Source of the DNA: an uncultured Acidobacteriota bacterium
Lineage (GTDB): Bacteria > Acidobacteriota > Thermoanaerobaculia > Multivoradales > UBA5704
Reading direction: 5' to 3'
DNA: 64,000 bases
Assembly (NCBI GenBank): GCA_963732005.1
Contig: CAVSXT010000003.1
Coordinates: 800,218-864,217, forward strand
The position numbers and the translations under genes were made by a program. Below are positions 9,449 through 17,974 of this stretch, piece after piece (the stretch's first letter is position 1; the number at the start of each line of letters is the position of its first letter). Under the pieces are notes generated by a model. It was not told the origin of the DNA. It was given only the letters and a program-made list of their open reading frames with translations, and ran no database searches.

Positions 9449-11761
9449 TCACTGCGCCTCTGCCATGCCTGCCGGGGGGCCGGCAAGCTTGGCCGCGATC
9501 GCGGCCTCGGCCCGGCGGTAGAAGCTCTCGAGGTCGGTGCGGCCGGCGGCCTCGGCGAGTGTCGCCGCCTGGTGGTAGGAGTCGCTGGCAGCCATGAGGC
9601 AGCTTGCCTCCGCCACTTCGTCGCCGCGGCGGTGGGCGGCGGTGGCACGCTGGAGCCAGTACAGGGCGAGGCTGGCGCGCGGCGCCGGCTGGCCGGGTGC
9701 CAGCGCCACGGCCTCGAGCAGGGCTTCCTGCGCGTGGTCGAGCTGGCCGGCGGCGATCAGCTGCACGCCGAGGTCGTTGAGCGCCGCCGCGGTGCCGGCG
9801 TCCAGCGCCGCCAGCCGGCGACGCGCCTCGCGCACGAGATCGGGATCAGCACCGGCGGCGGCGCCGCCGGCGCCCAGAGCGGCGGCGAGACGCCGGCGGG
9901 CGGCGTCATGGTCGGCTGCCGCCTGGGCATAGCCGCCGATCTCTGCCAGATAGGAGCCGCGGCGCTCCCGGGCGATCGCCCATTCGAGCTCGGCGGCCAG
10001 GAACCCGGGGCTGGCGCGCGCGGCCTCGTCGAGGTAGTCGGCGGCGCGCGTCGCCCGGCTCACCGCCTGGTCCAGGCGCTCGCGGGCGGTGGGGGAGGCA
10101 TTCCCCTGGCCGCTCGCCGCGAGGCGCTGAAAGTCCGTGTGGGCCGCCGCGGCCCAGCGGCTGGCGGCGATGCCGAGGTTGTACTCGATCGCCGCATCCT
10201 GCCGCCCGACCTCGGCGGCGGCGATGCACGGCAGGTTCACCGCCAGACCGGCGCCGGCGAGCAGCACCAGATCCAGCACCGGTCTGGCAGCGCCCCGCCA
10301 AGAGGAGGTGCGGGCGCGGCTCACGATCGCCGCCAGCTCGAGGACGCCGGCGCCGGCGAGCGGCAGCAGGAAGGGGACTACCGCCAGGCGGTAGCGGCCG
10401 AGGACGAAGAACAGCGTGACCGCCAGACAGGAGCTGGCGGCGAGCAGCGCCAGGAGGACCCCGCCGCGGCGCTGGAGCGAATCGCCGCGGGCGAGCGCCA
10501 GCAGGCCGAGCGCGGCGAGCGGCGCCACCAGTCCGAACACCACCGGATCGCAGCGCAGCAGCAACGACTCGCGGCGATAGACCCGGAAGCCTTCGGCGTC
10601 AGGCAGCTCGTAGGCATTCCAGAACAGGCGGAGCTTGCGGAGCATCAGGCGCAGCCAGGCGGCAGGGTCGGCGGCGATCTGCCGCCAACTTTCGCGCCAG
10701 AGTTGCCGCGACACCGCGGCGGGGCCGAGCGCCGCCGGCGCCACCGGCCGGCCGAGGTCCCGCGAAGCGAAGCCGGCAGCCAGCCGGCGCGCATCCGCCT
10801 GCTGCCGCTCCGGGATCTGGCTGCCGGACGACAGCGCGGTGTAGGTGCCGGTGGCGGCGCGGTGGTTGCCGATGTAGAAGTTCATCCCCCCCTGGGAGCT
10901 GGTGAACAGCAGCTCTCCGCCCGCTGCCCGGTTGAGCAAGGCGGCCGGCGCGAGCGCCAGGGCCACGCCGCCCAGCAGGGCCAGGGCAGCGCCGGCCGGC
11001 CGCCGGAGCCGGGGCCGCGAGCCATGCCCTGGCGGCAAGTCGAGCCCATCGCGCCGGCCAGCGGCAGGCCGCGTGTCTCCGGCCGTGCCGACTCCGGCCT
11101 CACCGCCTGCGGTCAGCAGATAGAGGGCCGCGGCCGGAGCCAGCAGCAACAGGCTTTCCTGCAGCAGGGCGGCACAGCCGAGGGCGGCGCCGGCGGCCGT
11201 GGCACGGGCCGGCGTGAGGCTGCGGCCGCGAGGCGGCAGCAGCAGCACCACGACCGCCGACTCGAGGAGCAGGACCGGCACCGTCTTGAGCAGCAACGGC
11301 GTATAGAAAACCGCCGGCGCATAGAGCGCCGCCAGCACCCCCGCCCCCGCCGCCGCCCCACCCGGCGCCGGCTGCCCGAGGCGCCGGGTGGCGACGGCGG
11401 CGAGCGCCGCGGTGAGCGCTCCTGCCAGCGCCTGCACCAGGCGCATCGCCGCCGCCGACCTGCCGCTCACCGCGTAGACCGTGGCCAGCAGGTAGGGATA
11501 GAGCGGTGCCTGGTAGAACGCCTCGCGCGGCCGCCAACCGTGGTCGAGGATCGCTCGCGCCAGCGCGTCGTAGCGCTGCGCGTCCATCACCAGCTGGTGC
11601 AGGGTCGGCAGGTCTCGGATCTCGAAGAGGTAGGCAAGGCGCACCGCCAGCGCCAGCGCGAACACCGCCGCCGGCAGCCGCCACGCCCCTGGCAGCCGGG
11701 GCGCCGCAGGGGCACCTCGCCCCGCGATCGGCACTCCCTGCGGCTGCTCCTGCGCTGCCAT
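9449..11761 (-). CDS. GT-C membrane glycosyltransferase (PMT/ArnT-like) with C-terminal TPRs
   Basis: Multi-TM; D..YD..A, FYQAPLYPYLLA, NFYIGN and RYRL..VPFL motifs; helical TPR-like C-terminus. Confidence 0.75.
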   Translation of the reverse strand: MAAQEQPQGVPIAGRGAPAAPRLPGAWRLPAAVFALALAVRLAYLFEIRDLPTLHQLVMDAQRYDALARAILDHGWRPREAFYQAPLYPYLLATVYAVSGRSAAAMRLVQALAGALTAALAAVATRRLGQPAPGGAAAGAGVLAALYAPAVFYTPLLLKTVPVLLLESAVVVLLLPPRGRSLTPARATAAGAALGCAALLQESLLLLAPAAALYLLTAGGEAGVGTAGDTRPAAGRRDGLDLPPGHGSRPRLRRPAGAALALLGGVALALAPAALLNRAAGGELLFTSSQGGMNFYIGNHRAATGTYTALSSGSQIPERQQADARRLAAGFASRDLGRPVAPAALGPAAVSRQLWRESWRQIAADPAAWLRLMLRKLRLFWNAYELPDAEGFRVYRRESLLLRCDPVVFGLVAPLAALGLLALARGDSLQRRGGVLLALLAASSCLAVTLFFVLGRYRLAVVPFLLPLAGAGVLELAAIVSRARTSSWRGAARPVLDLVLLAGAGLAVNLPCIAAAEVGRQDAAIEYNLGIAASRWAAAAHTDFQRLAASGQGNASPTARERLDQAVSRATRAADYLDEAARASPGFLAAELEWAIARERRGSYLAEIGGYAQAAADHDAARRRLAAALGAGGAAAGADPDLVREARRRLAALDAGTAAALNDLGVQLIAAGQLDHAQEALLEAVALAPGQPAPRASLALYWLQRATAAHRRGDEVAEASCLMAASDSYHQAATLAEAAGRTDLESFYRRAEAAIAAKLAGPPAGMAEAQ

Positions 11762-12005
11762 GGTCGAGACCCTCCCGAGCCGGCCCCGAGTCTAATGTCC
11801 CGCGCGGTTCAGGGGTATGGCAGGAGCGTGTCCCCGTGGGTGGCCGGCGCGCGCATCTCGATCCAGAGGCGGCAGCTTACCGCGCCATCGCCGCCCGGAT
11901 CGTGGGCCGAAATGGTGTCCCAAGGGACACTACCTGGGCCGGCAGTGACTACCAGGCGGGGAGCTGCCGCGGTATAATCCGCGTCCCTTGCACTTTCTTT
12001 CGCCG

Positions 12006-12033
12006 GCCCATGGCTCCAGGAGGAGCCATGGGC
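12006..12033 (+). promoter_or_regulatory. 12-bp hairpin in the csgG-like leader
   Basis: GCCCATGGCTCC-AGGA-GGAGCCATGGGC, downstream of TATAAT at 11973-11978. Confidence 0.45.
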
Positions 12034-12149
12034 GCGAGGCCTCCCCGGCCGGGTAGCGGCGGGCGTGTATCAACCGGAGGGCCGCAGGCGGGGTTGGCGA
12101 GCGAGCACAAAACGGGGGCGAGGCTCCCATTGCCTTAGGAGATCCGATC

Positions 12150-12767
12150 ATGAAGCGCGTCCTTTCCTTTGTCCTCTGCGCCATCCTGGCCTCTGCATCG
12201 CTGCTGGTGGCGCAACCGCCCAGCAGCAAGCCGCGGATCGCCGTCCTCGAGTTCACCAACAAAGCCGACAACCAGTGGTGGTTCAAGAGCGGCGCCGCCG
12301 CCGCGCAGGACATCTTCGTCACCGAGCTGGTCAAGAGCCGCAAGTTCGCGGTCATCGAGCGCGAGAAGATCAACGCCATCATGGAGGAGAAGGGCCTCAC
12401 CCTCGGCGGCGACATCGATTCCAAGACCGCGATGAAGATCGGCAAGCTGCTCGGGCTCAACTACATGCTCACCGGCGCCGTGACCGAATACGGCAACACC
12501 GACACCCGCGCCCACGGCCCAGGGGTGGGCTCCCTGCCCAGCTTCGGCGTCCACAAGCGGAGCTTCGTGGCGGCGCTCAATGCCCGGCTGATCAACGTCT
12601 CGACCGGCGAGATCGTCTGGGCCGACGAGGCGCGCAAGGAGGAGAGCAGCTCCAGCGTCTCGGTGGGCGGTTTCGGCGGCGGCGTCGACGACAGCCGCAT
12701 GTTCGACAAGGTCCTGAAGCCCTGTATCGAGCAGCTGGTCGCCAGCCTCAAGTCGGCCGACCTTTAA
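12150..12767 (+). CDS. CsgG/HfaB family periplasmic/outer-membrane protein
   Basis: Signal peptide; RIAVLEF, F.VIERE.I..IMEE, KIGKLLG..YMLTGAVTEYG, RLINVSTGEIVW; AGGAGA SD. Confidence 0.85.
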   Translation: MKRVLSFVLCAILASASLLVAQPPSSKPRIAVLEFTNKADNQWWFKSGAAAAQDIFVTELVKSRKFAVIEREKINAIMEEKGLTLGGDIDSKTAMKIGKLLGLNYMLTGAVTEYGNTDTRAHGPGVGSLPSFGVHKRSFVAALNARLINVSTGEIVWADEARKEESSSSVSVGGFGGGVDDSRMFDKVLKPCIEQLVASLKSADL

Positions 12768-12780
12768 ATCCAAGACCCAG

Positions 12781-12813
12781 CAGGCCTCCGGGGAGCCGCT
12801 CTCCGGAGGCCTG
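12781..12813. terminator. hairpin between convergent genes (probable bidirectional terminator)
   Basis: CAGGCCTCCGG...CCGGAGGCCTG stem between the csgG-like and TonB-fusion stop codons; no clear U-tract. Confidence 0.5.
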
Positions 12814-12824
12814 CCGCAGCCAGG

Positions 12825-14951
12825 TCAGGGCACGAAGCTGATCTTCATCGTGGTCCACATCTTGACCCGCACGCCGTCCTTGGTCGCCGGGTTATAGGAG
12901 CTGTGGCGGGCCACCTCGAGCGCCGCCTCGTCGAACCCCAATCCGACGGCGGTGCCCACCTGCTCGGCCCGTTCCACCTTCCCTCTCTCGTCCACCAGCA
13001 CCCGCACCTCCACGTCGGCCGCCCGGTTCATGCGGCGCGCGGCGGTGGGATAGCGGGTCGCCGGGCGGTAGATGATCTTGGGCATCGACACCCCCGGCCC
13101 GGGTTGCACCAGGTCACCCACCTGGATCTGCGGCTGGCGGCCGGCGCCGGCATCGGCGGCCGGCGCCGCGGGGACCGGCGTGGCCGGCACCGCCGGCGCC
13201 GCGGCGGCAGAAGCAGAGGCGCTGCCCGCGGCCGCGCCCGCCGGCGAGCCCGGAACCGCCGGCGACTGGCTTCCAGGCGCCGCCGAGCGAGCGCCGCCGC
13301 CGGTGCTCGCGGCCCCCGCCGGCGGCGATACCGGTTCGGTCCGTGCCGGGTGGACCTCGGCCGGCGCCGGCGAGGTTTCGGCCGCCCCGGCAGCGCCGCC
13401 CGCCGCCGCCTGGCGCTCGCCCCGGGTCTTGTCCTTGTCCTGGCTGGCTGCCGCGGCACGGCGGCTTTCCTCCAGCTTCTGCTGCAGCTGCTTGATGTTG
13501 TCGTCGTACTGACCCTTGAGCTTGCTCTCGAGCTCCTTGCTGCGGGCCTCGATCATCTGCTGGATCTGCGCCTGCAGCGCAGCGGCGTTGCGGGCGGCTT
13601 CGGCGGCGCTGGTTGGGCCGGCCGCCGCCTGGGTGGGCGCCGCCGGGACCGGCTTGGCGCCGCCGCCGCGGCCGAACAGCAGGTAGCCGACAGCCCCGAG
13701 CGCCAGCAGCGCGGCGACGCCGAGGCCGATCCAGAGCGGCATTCGGTTGCCGCGGCTGCCGCGGGTGCCGCCGCCGGCGCGGGCGGCGGCGCCGGCGCCG
13801 GCCGGATGGGCGGTCGTGGCCGCGCCAGCCCAGCCGGCGTCCGGGACCGCGCCGGCGCTGCCGCCCGCGCCGGCCGTGCCGGCATGGATGGCTCCCGCGC
13901 CGGCGGCGCCCGCGGCGCCGGCGAACGCCGCGGCTCCCGCGCCCGCCGCCGGGCGGCGCGGCAGCTCGAGGTTCTTCTCGGCCTCGATCTCGTGGCTCTC
14001 GCGATCGATCTCGTCGCGAAACAGGTTGTGCATGAAGAAGGCGAGGTTGAAGGTGGTCGAGGTGTACTGGCCCTCGATCATCAGCCTCGAGATCGTCTTG
14101 TGCCAGGTGATGGCGTCGGGGATGCGCTGTTCGCGCGGCGCCAGGCTCTGCTTGAGCAGCGCGGCGAGCGCCGGCGGCAGCGGCGTCCCCTCGTTCGGCA
14201 GCACCAGCTCGTCGATCATCGGCAGCAGCTGGGTGAGCGTCGCGTAGGTGGCCGCCGTTGCCGCCTGGCCCAACTGGCCATTCGGCGGCAGCGGCAGGCG
14301 CTCGCTCGCCAGCAGCTCGTAGAGGATGGCGCCCAGCGAGAAGACGTCGTCGCTCTTCGCCACCGCCGCGGCGCTTGCCGACTCCGGCGCCGGGTAGGCG
14401 CGCAGGTCGTCGTTGCGCCAGCCGCCAGCCCAGAGCTCGCGCAGGCCGGGCGCGGTCTCGAAGCCGAGCAGGCGGGTCTCGCCCTCGTTCGAGATCATCA
14501 CCAGGTGGGGCGCCACGAAGCCGTGCAGCAGCCGCTCGTCCTGCACCCGCGTCTCGTAGGCCGCCGCCAGCGCCAGCGCCAGGCGCTCGGTGATCAGCAG
14601 CGCGTGCTCGATCGGGATCGGTTGGCGCTGCCGCGCCGCCTGCGCGAACAGGTTGGCGAGGTTCTTGCCTGACACGTAGTCATAGGCGACGTAAGGGAAG
14701 CTGCGGACCTTGCCGAGGTCGACGCCGCTGCCGATGTTGGGGCTGCGCAGCGCCTGCTGCACCGGGGCGCGGCCGGAGATCCGCTGCCAGAGCCGCTCGC
14801 CATCCATTCCCTGGCCGTTGAAGACGCGCAGCAGCACCACCCGCTCGATGCCCTCCCGGCCCATCCGGCCGGCGCGGAAGGTCTCGCCGAGAGCGTCCTC
14901 GCTCAATTTCTTGAGCAGGAGGTAGTTCCCGAATTCCTCTGGGATGTTCAT
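12825..14951 (-). CDS. Ser/Thr pseudokinase-TM-TonB C-terminal fusion
   Basis: N-terminal Hanks kinase fold with degenerate motifs; one TM (LWIGLGVAALLALGAVGYLLF); coiled coil; Pro/Ala linker; TonB_C (YP.AARR...V.V.VLVDERGKV...GFDEAA...YNPATKDG.RVKMW). Confidence 0.8.
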   Translation of the reverse strand: MNIPEEFGNYLLLKKLSEDALGETFRAGRMGREGIERVVLLRVFNGQGMDGERLWQRISGRAPVQQALRSPNIGSGVDLGKVRSFPYVAYDYVSGKNLANLFAQAARQRQPIPIEHALLITERLALALAAAYETRVQDERLLHGFVAPHLVMISNEGETRLLGFETAPGLRELWAGGWRNDDLRAYPAPESASAAAVAKSDDVFSLGAILYELLASERLPLPPNGQLGQAATAATYATLTQLLPMIDELVLPNEGTPLPPALAALLKQSLAPREQRIPDAITWHKTISRLMIEGQYTSTTFNLAFFMHNLFRDEIDRESHEIEAEKNLELPRRPAAGAGAAAFAGAAGAAGAGAIHAGTAGAGGSAGAVPDAGWAGAATTAHPAGAGAAARAGGGTRGSRGNRMPLWIGLGVAALLALGAVGYLLFGRGGGAKPVPAAPTQAAAGPTSAAEAARNAAALQAQIQQMIEARSKELESKLKGQYDDNIKQLQQKLEESRRAAAASQDKDKTRGERQAAAGGAAGAAETSPAPAEVHPARTEPVSPPAGAASTGGGARSAAPGSQSPAVPGSPAGAAAGSASASAAAAPAVPATPVPAAPAADAGAGRQPQIQVGDLVQPGPGVSMPKIIYRPATRYPTAARRMNRAADVEVRVLVDERGKVERAEQVGTAVGLGFDEAALEVARHSSYNPATKDGVRVKMWTTMKISFVP

Positions 14952-15050
14952 GGACGTCTCCTCTCGGCCCGGCCTACAGGCTCCGGTGCTGCCAGCTTCG
15001 GTCCGGCAGGTCTGCGCTTTTCAGCTTGATACACCAGCACCCGCGAACTG

Positions 15051-16166
15051 TCAATGAAGCGGCGGCGCGCCGGCGGCTTCGCGCCGTTGCTGCTCGCGGC
15101 GGTCCCGCCAGTAGCGGCGCTGCCAGAGATCGACGTTGCGGTTTTGCTCCTCGAGGGTGGTGGCGAAGACGTGGGTGCCGTCGTTGCGGCTCACGAAGTA
15201 CAGGTAGGGGACGTCCGCCGGGCGGGCCGCGGCCTGCAGGCTGGCCAGGCCGGGCGAGCAGATCGGGCCCGGCGGCAGGCCGGCGCGGCGGTAGGTGTTG
15301 TAGGGCGAATCGAGGCTCAGGTCCTGATGATGGAGGCTGCCGTCCCAGCGCCCGAGGCGGCGCAGCGCGAAGATGATGGTGGGATCGGCGTCGAGCGCCA
15401 TGTGCCGCAGCAGGCGGTTGTGGTAGACGCCGGCGATCAGCGGCCGGTCGGCGCTGGCGCGCGCCTCCTTCTCGACGATGCTGGCGAGCGTGACCACCTC
15501 CCGCACCGAGCCCGGATTGCCCCCGGCAGCGGCGAGCAGCGGGCGCACGCGGCGCTCGAAGCGGGAGCGGAAGGTCTTCACCAGAGTGGCGACGATCTCG
15601 TCCTCGGAGGTGCCGAGGGCAAAGCGATAAGTATCGGGGCAGAGGTAGCCCTCGAGGTCGGTCGCCGCCGGATCGAGGTCGGCGATCAGCGCCGGCGAGC
15701 GCATCCGCTCCAGGAACGCCTCGCGCCGGCCGGCGCCGGCCTGCGACAGCTGCCCGGCGACGTCCTCGATGGTGAAACCTTCGACCACCGTCACGCTGCG
15801 TGACACCACGTCGCCCCGGATCAGCTTGCGCAGCACCTCCGGAAAGGCGAGCGGGCCGGCGAAGCGATACTCGCCGGCCTGCAGCGGCGGGTCGTGCAGC
15901 ACGTAGACCAGGTAGGCGCGGGCGACCCTTGGGTTGGCCACCACTCCTTCCCGTCCCAGCTGGTCGAGGATGCGCGCCGCGCCGGAGCCGGGGGCCACGT
16001 CGACCAGCTTCTCGGTGCCGGCATATCCCTGGTACGGCTGCCAGAGCCACCACCCGTAGCCTAGCGCGCCGGCGGCGGCGAGGGCGGCGAGCAGCGGCAG
16101 CAGGCAACAGCCCAGGCGCCGCCGGTGGCGGCGCTGGCGGCGGGGATCACGCGCGGGCGGAGTCAA
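15051..16166 (-). CDS. mltG: endolytic transglycosylase MltG
   Basis: LQAGEY, VTVVEG, LEGYL.PDTY, LASIVEKE, ADPT, SPYNTY...GLPPGPI; TTG start overlaps the ruvX stop. Confidence 0.92.
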   Translation of the reverse strand: MTPPARDPRRQRRHRRRLGCCLLPLLAALAAAGALGYGWWLWQPYQGYAGTEKLVDVAPGSGAARILDQLGREGVVANPRVARAYLVYVLHDPPLQAGEYRFAGPLAFPEVLRKLIRGDVVSRSVTVVEGFTIEDVAGQLSQAGAGRREAFLERMRSPALIADLDPAATDLEGYLCPDTYRFALGTSEDEIVATLVKTFRSRFERRVRPLLAAAGGNPGSVREVVTLASIVEKEARASADRPLIAGVYHNRLLRHMALDADPTIIFALRRLGRWDGSLHHQDLSLDSPYNTYRRAGLPPGPICSPGLASLQAAARPADVPYLYFVSRNDGTHVFATTLEEQNRNVDLWQRRYWRDRREQQRREAAGAPPLH

Positions 16167-16615
16167 CTTTCGGCGCCTTTCTCTGGTTGCCCCGGCGCGG
16201 CTCGGGCGCCGCCGCGGTCCAGGTCCTCCTGCAGCAGGATCTGGGCGGCGGCGGCGTCGATCCGCTCCGGCGCCCGCCGCGGATCGATGCCGGCGGCTCG
16301 CAGGCGCGCCGCCGCCTCGACGCTGGTCAGCGCCTCGTCGACGAAGGTGAGCGGCAGCGCCGTCCTGGCCGCGAGGCGCTCGCCGAAGCGCCGCACCCGC
16401 GCCGCCGCCGGCCCCCGCGTGCCGTCGAGGCTCACCGGCTCGCCCAGCACCAGCCGGCCGATGCCCTCGCGGCGCGCGATCTCGGCGATGGCGCCGATCG
16501 CCGAGCGATCGTCGCGCCGCACCAGCGTGGTGAGCGGCACCGCCAACCGGCCCTCCGGGTCGGAGACGGCCAGGCCGATCCGCCGCTCGCCGAAATCGAT
16601 GCCCAGGGCGCGCAT
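16163..16615 (-). CDS. ruvX: RuvX/YqgF pre-16S rRNA nuclease
   Basis: MRALGIDFGERRIGLAVSD, VDEALTS and IDAAAAQILLQ. Confidence 0.93.
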   Translation of the reverse strand: MRALGIDFGERRIGLAVSDPEGRLAVPLTTLVRRDDRSAIGAIAEIARREGIGRLVLGEPVSLDGTRGPAAARVRRFGERLAARTALPLTFVDEALTSVEAAARLRAAGIDPRRAPERIDAAAAQILLQEDLDRGGARAAPGQPEKGAES

Positions 16616-16771
16616 GAGATCCTTGTCCCGCCGCGCATTGTAGCCGCAGCCCGCGGCGCCGCGCCGCTGTGCTAGCATGCGGCCCCGCCCGGCCGCCCCG
16701 CGCCGCTCGGGCGCCGGCCGCCCGACCTCCACCCCGGACGCCCGCGAGGTCCACCGAGGAGCCGATCCGTC

Positions 16772-17965
16772 ATGGAAAACGTGGTGATCCTGAGCGCCGT
16801 GCGCACCCCGATCGGCGCTTTCCAGGGAGCTCTGTCGTCGCTGCCGGCGCACGCCCTCGGCGCGCGCGCGCTGGCGGCCGCCATCGAGCGGGCCGGGGTG
16901 GCCCCCGACGCCGTCGAGCAGGTCAACATGGGGTGCGTGCTGACCGCCGGCCAGGGGCAGGCGCCGGCCCGCCAGGCCGCCCTCGGCGCCGGCTGCCCGG
17001 TGTCGACCGGCGCCATCACCCTCAACAAGGTCTGCGGCTCGGGCATGCGGGCGGCGATGATCGCCGCCAACGACCTGCGCTGCGGCGACTTCAAGGTGGT
17101 GGCCGCCGGCGGCATGGAGAGCATGAGCCAGGCCCCCTACCTGGCCGCCGGGGTGCGTGACGGCCTGCGCCTCGGCCATGGCAAGCTGATCGACTCGACC
17201 ATTCACGATGGGCTGTGGGACCCCTATAACGACATCCACATGGGCAGCTGCGCCGAGCTCTGCGCCGCCGAGTACAAGCTCGGCCGCGAGGAGCAGGATG
17301 CCTTTTCCCTGGAGAGCTATCGCCGCGCCCGCGCCGCCGGCGAGGGTGGCGCCTTCGCCGCGGAGATCGTCGGCGTGCCGGTGGCGCAGAAGGGGCAAAA
17401 GAAGGGCGACCCCCCAACTACGGTCGAGCGCGACGAGGAACCGTGGAAGGTGGACCTCGGCCGCATCGCGTCGCTGCGTCCCGCCTTCCAGAAGGACGGC
17501 ACGGTGACCGCCGGCAACGCCAGCAAGATCAACGACGGCGCCGCGGCGCTGGTGCTGACCACCGCCGCCCACGCCGCCGCCCTCGGGCTGCGGCCGCTCG
17601 CCCGCATCGTGGCGCACGCCTCGCTGGCGCAGCGGCCGGAATGGTTCACCACCGCGCCGGTGGGCGCGGCGCGGGCGGTGCTGGCGCGGGCGGGCCTCGA
17701 GCCGGCGGAGATCGATCTCTGGGAGGTGAACGAGGCCTTCGCCGTCGTCGCCATGGCCTTCATCCGCGACCTCGGCCTGGCGCCCGAGCGAGTCAACGTG
17801 CACGGCGGTGCCGTGGCCCTGGGCCATCCGATCGGCGCCTCCGGCGCCCGCATCCTGGTCACCCTGCTGCACGCCCTGCGCGCCAGCGGCGGCCGCCTCG
17901 GTTGCGCGGCGATCTGCATCGGCGGCGGCGAGGCTACCGCGATGGTGATCGAGCGCATAGACTAA
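16772..17965 (+). CDS. acetyl-CoA C-acyltransferase (thiolase)
   Basis: NKVCGSG, NEAF, GHPIGASG and CIGGG motifs. Confidence 0.95.
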   Translation: MENVVILSAVRTPIGAFQGALSSLPAHALGARALAAAIERAGVAPDAVEQVNMGCVLTAGQGQAPARQAALGAGCPVSTGAITLNKVCGSGMRAAMIAANDLRCGDFKVVAAGGMESMSQAPYLAAGVRDGLRLGHGKLIDSTIHDGLWDPYNDIHMGSCAELCAAEYKLGREEQDAFSLESYRRARAAGEGGAFAAEIVGVPVAQKGQKKGDPPTTVERDEEPWKVDLGRIASLRPAFQKDGTVTAGNASKINDGAAALVLTTAAHAAALGLRPLARIVAHASLAQRPEWFTTAPVGAARAVLARAGLEPAEIDLWEVNEAFAVVAMAFIRDLGLAPERVNVHGGAVALGHPIGASGARILVTLLHALRASGGRLGCAAICIGGGEATAMVIERID

Positions 17966-17974
17966 ACCCCGCTC

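Noticed and set aside
9419-11977. Long antisense or alternate-frame ORFs (e.g. 852 aa at 9419-11977 +, 949 aa at 34684-37533 +, 765 aa at 59039-61336 -)
   Set aside because: Shadow ORFs expected in very GC-rich DNA; they overlap motif-supported genes and are Arg/Ala/Gly/Pro-rich without motifs (only the 3' part of 34684-37533 is real).
12150-12767. Curli secretion operon
   Set aside because: Only a lone CsgG-like gene; no curlin repeats or csgE/csgF.
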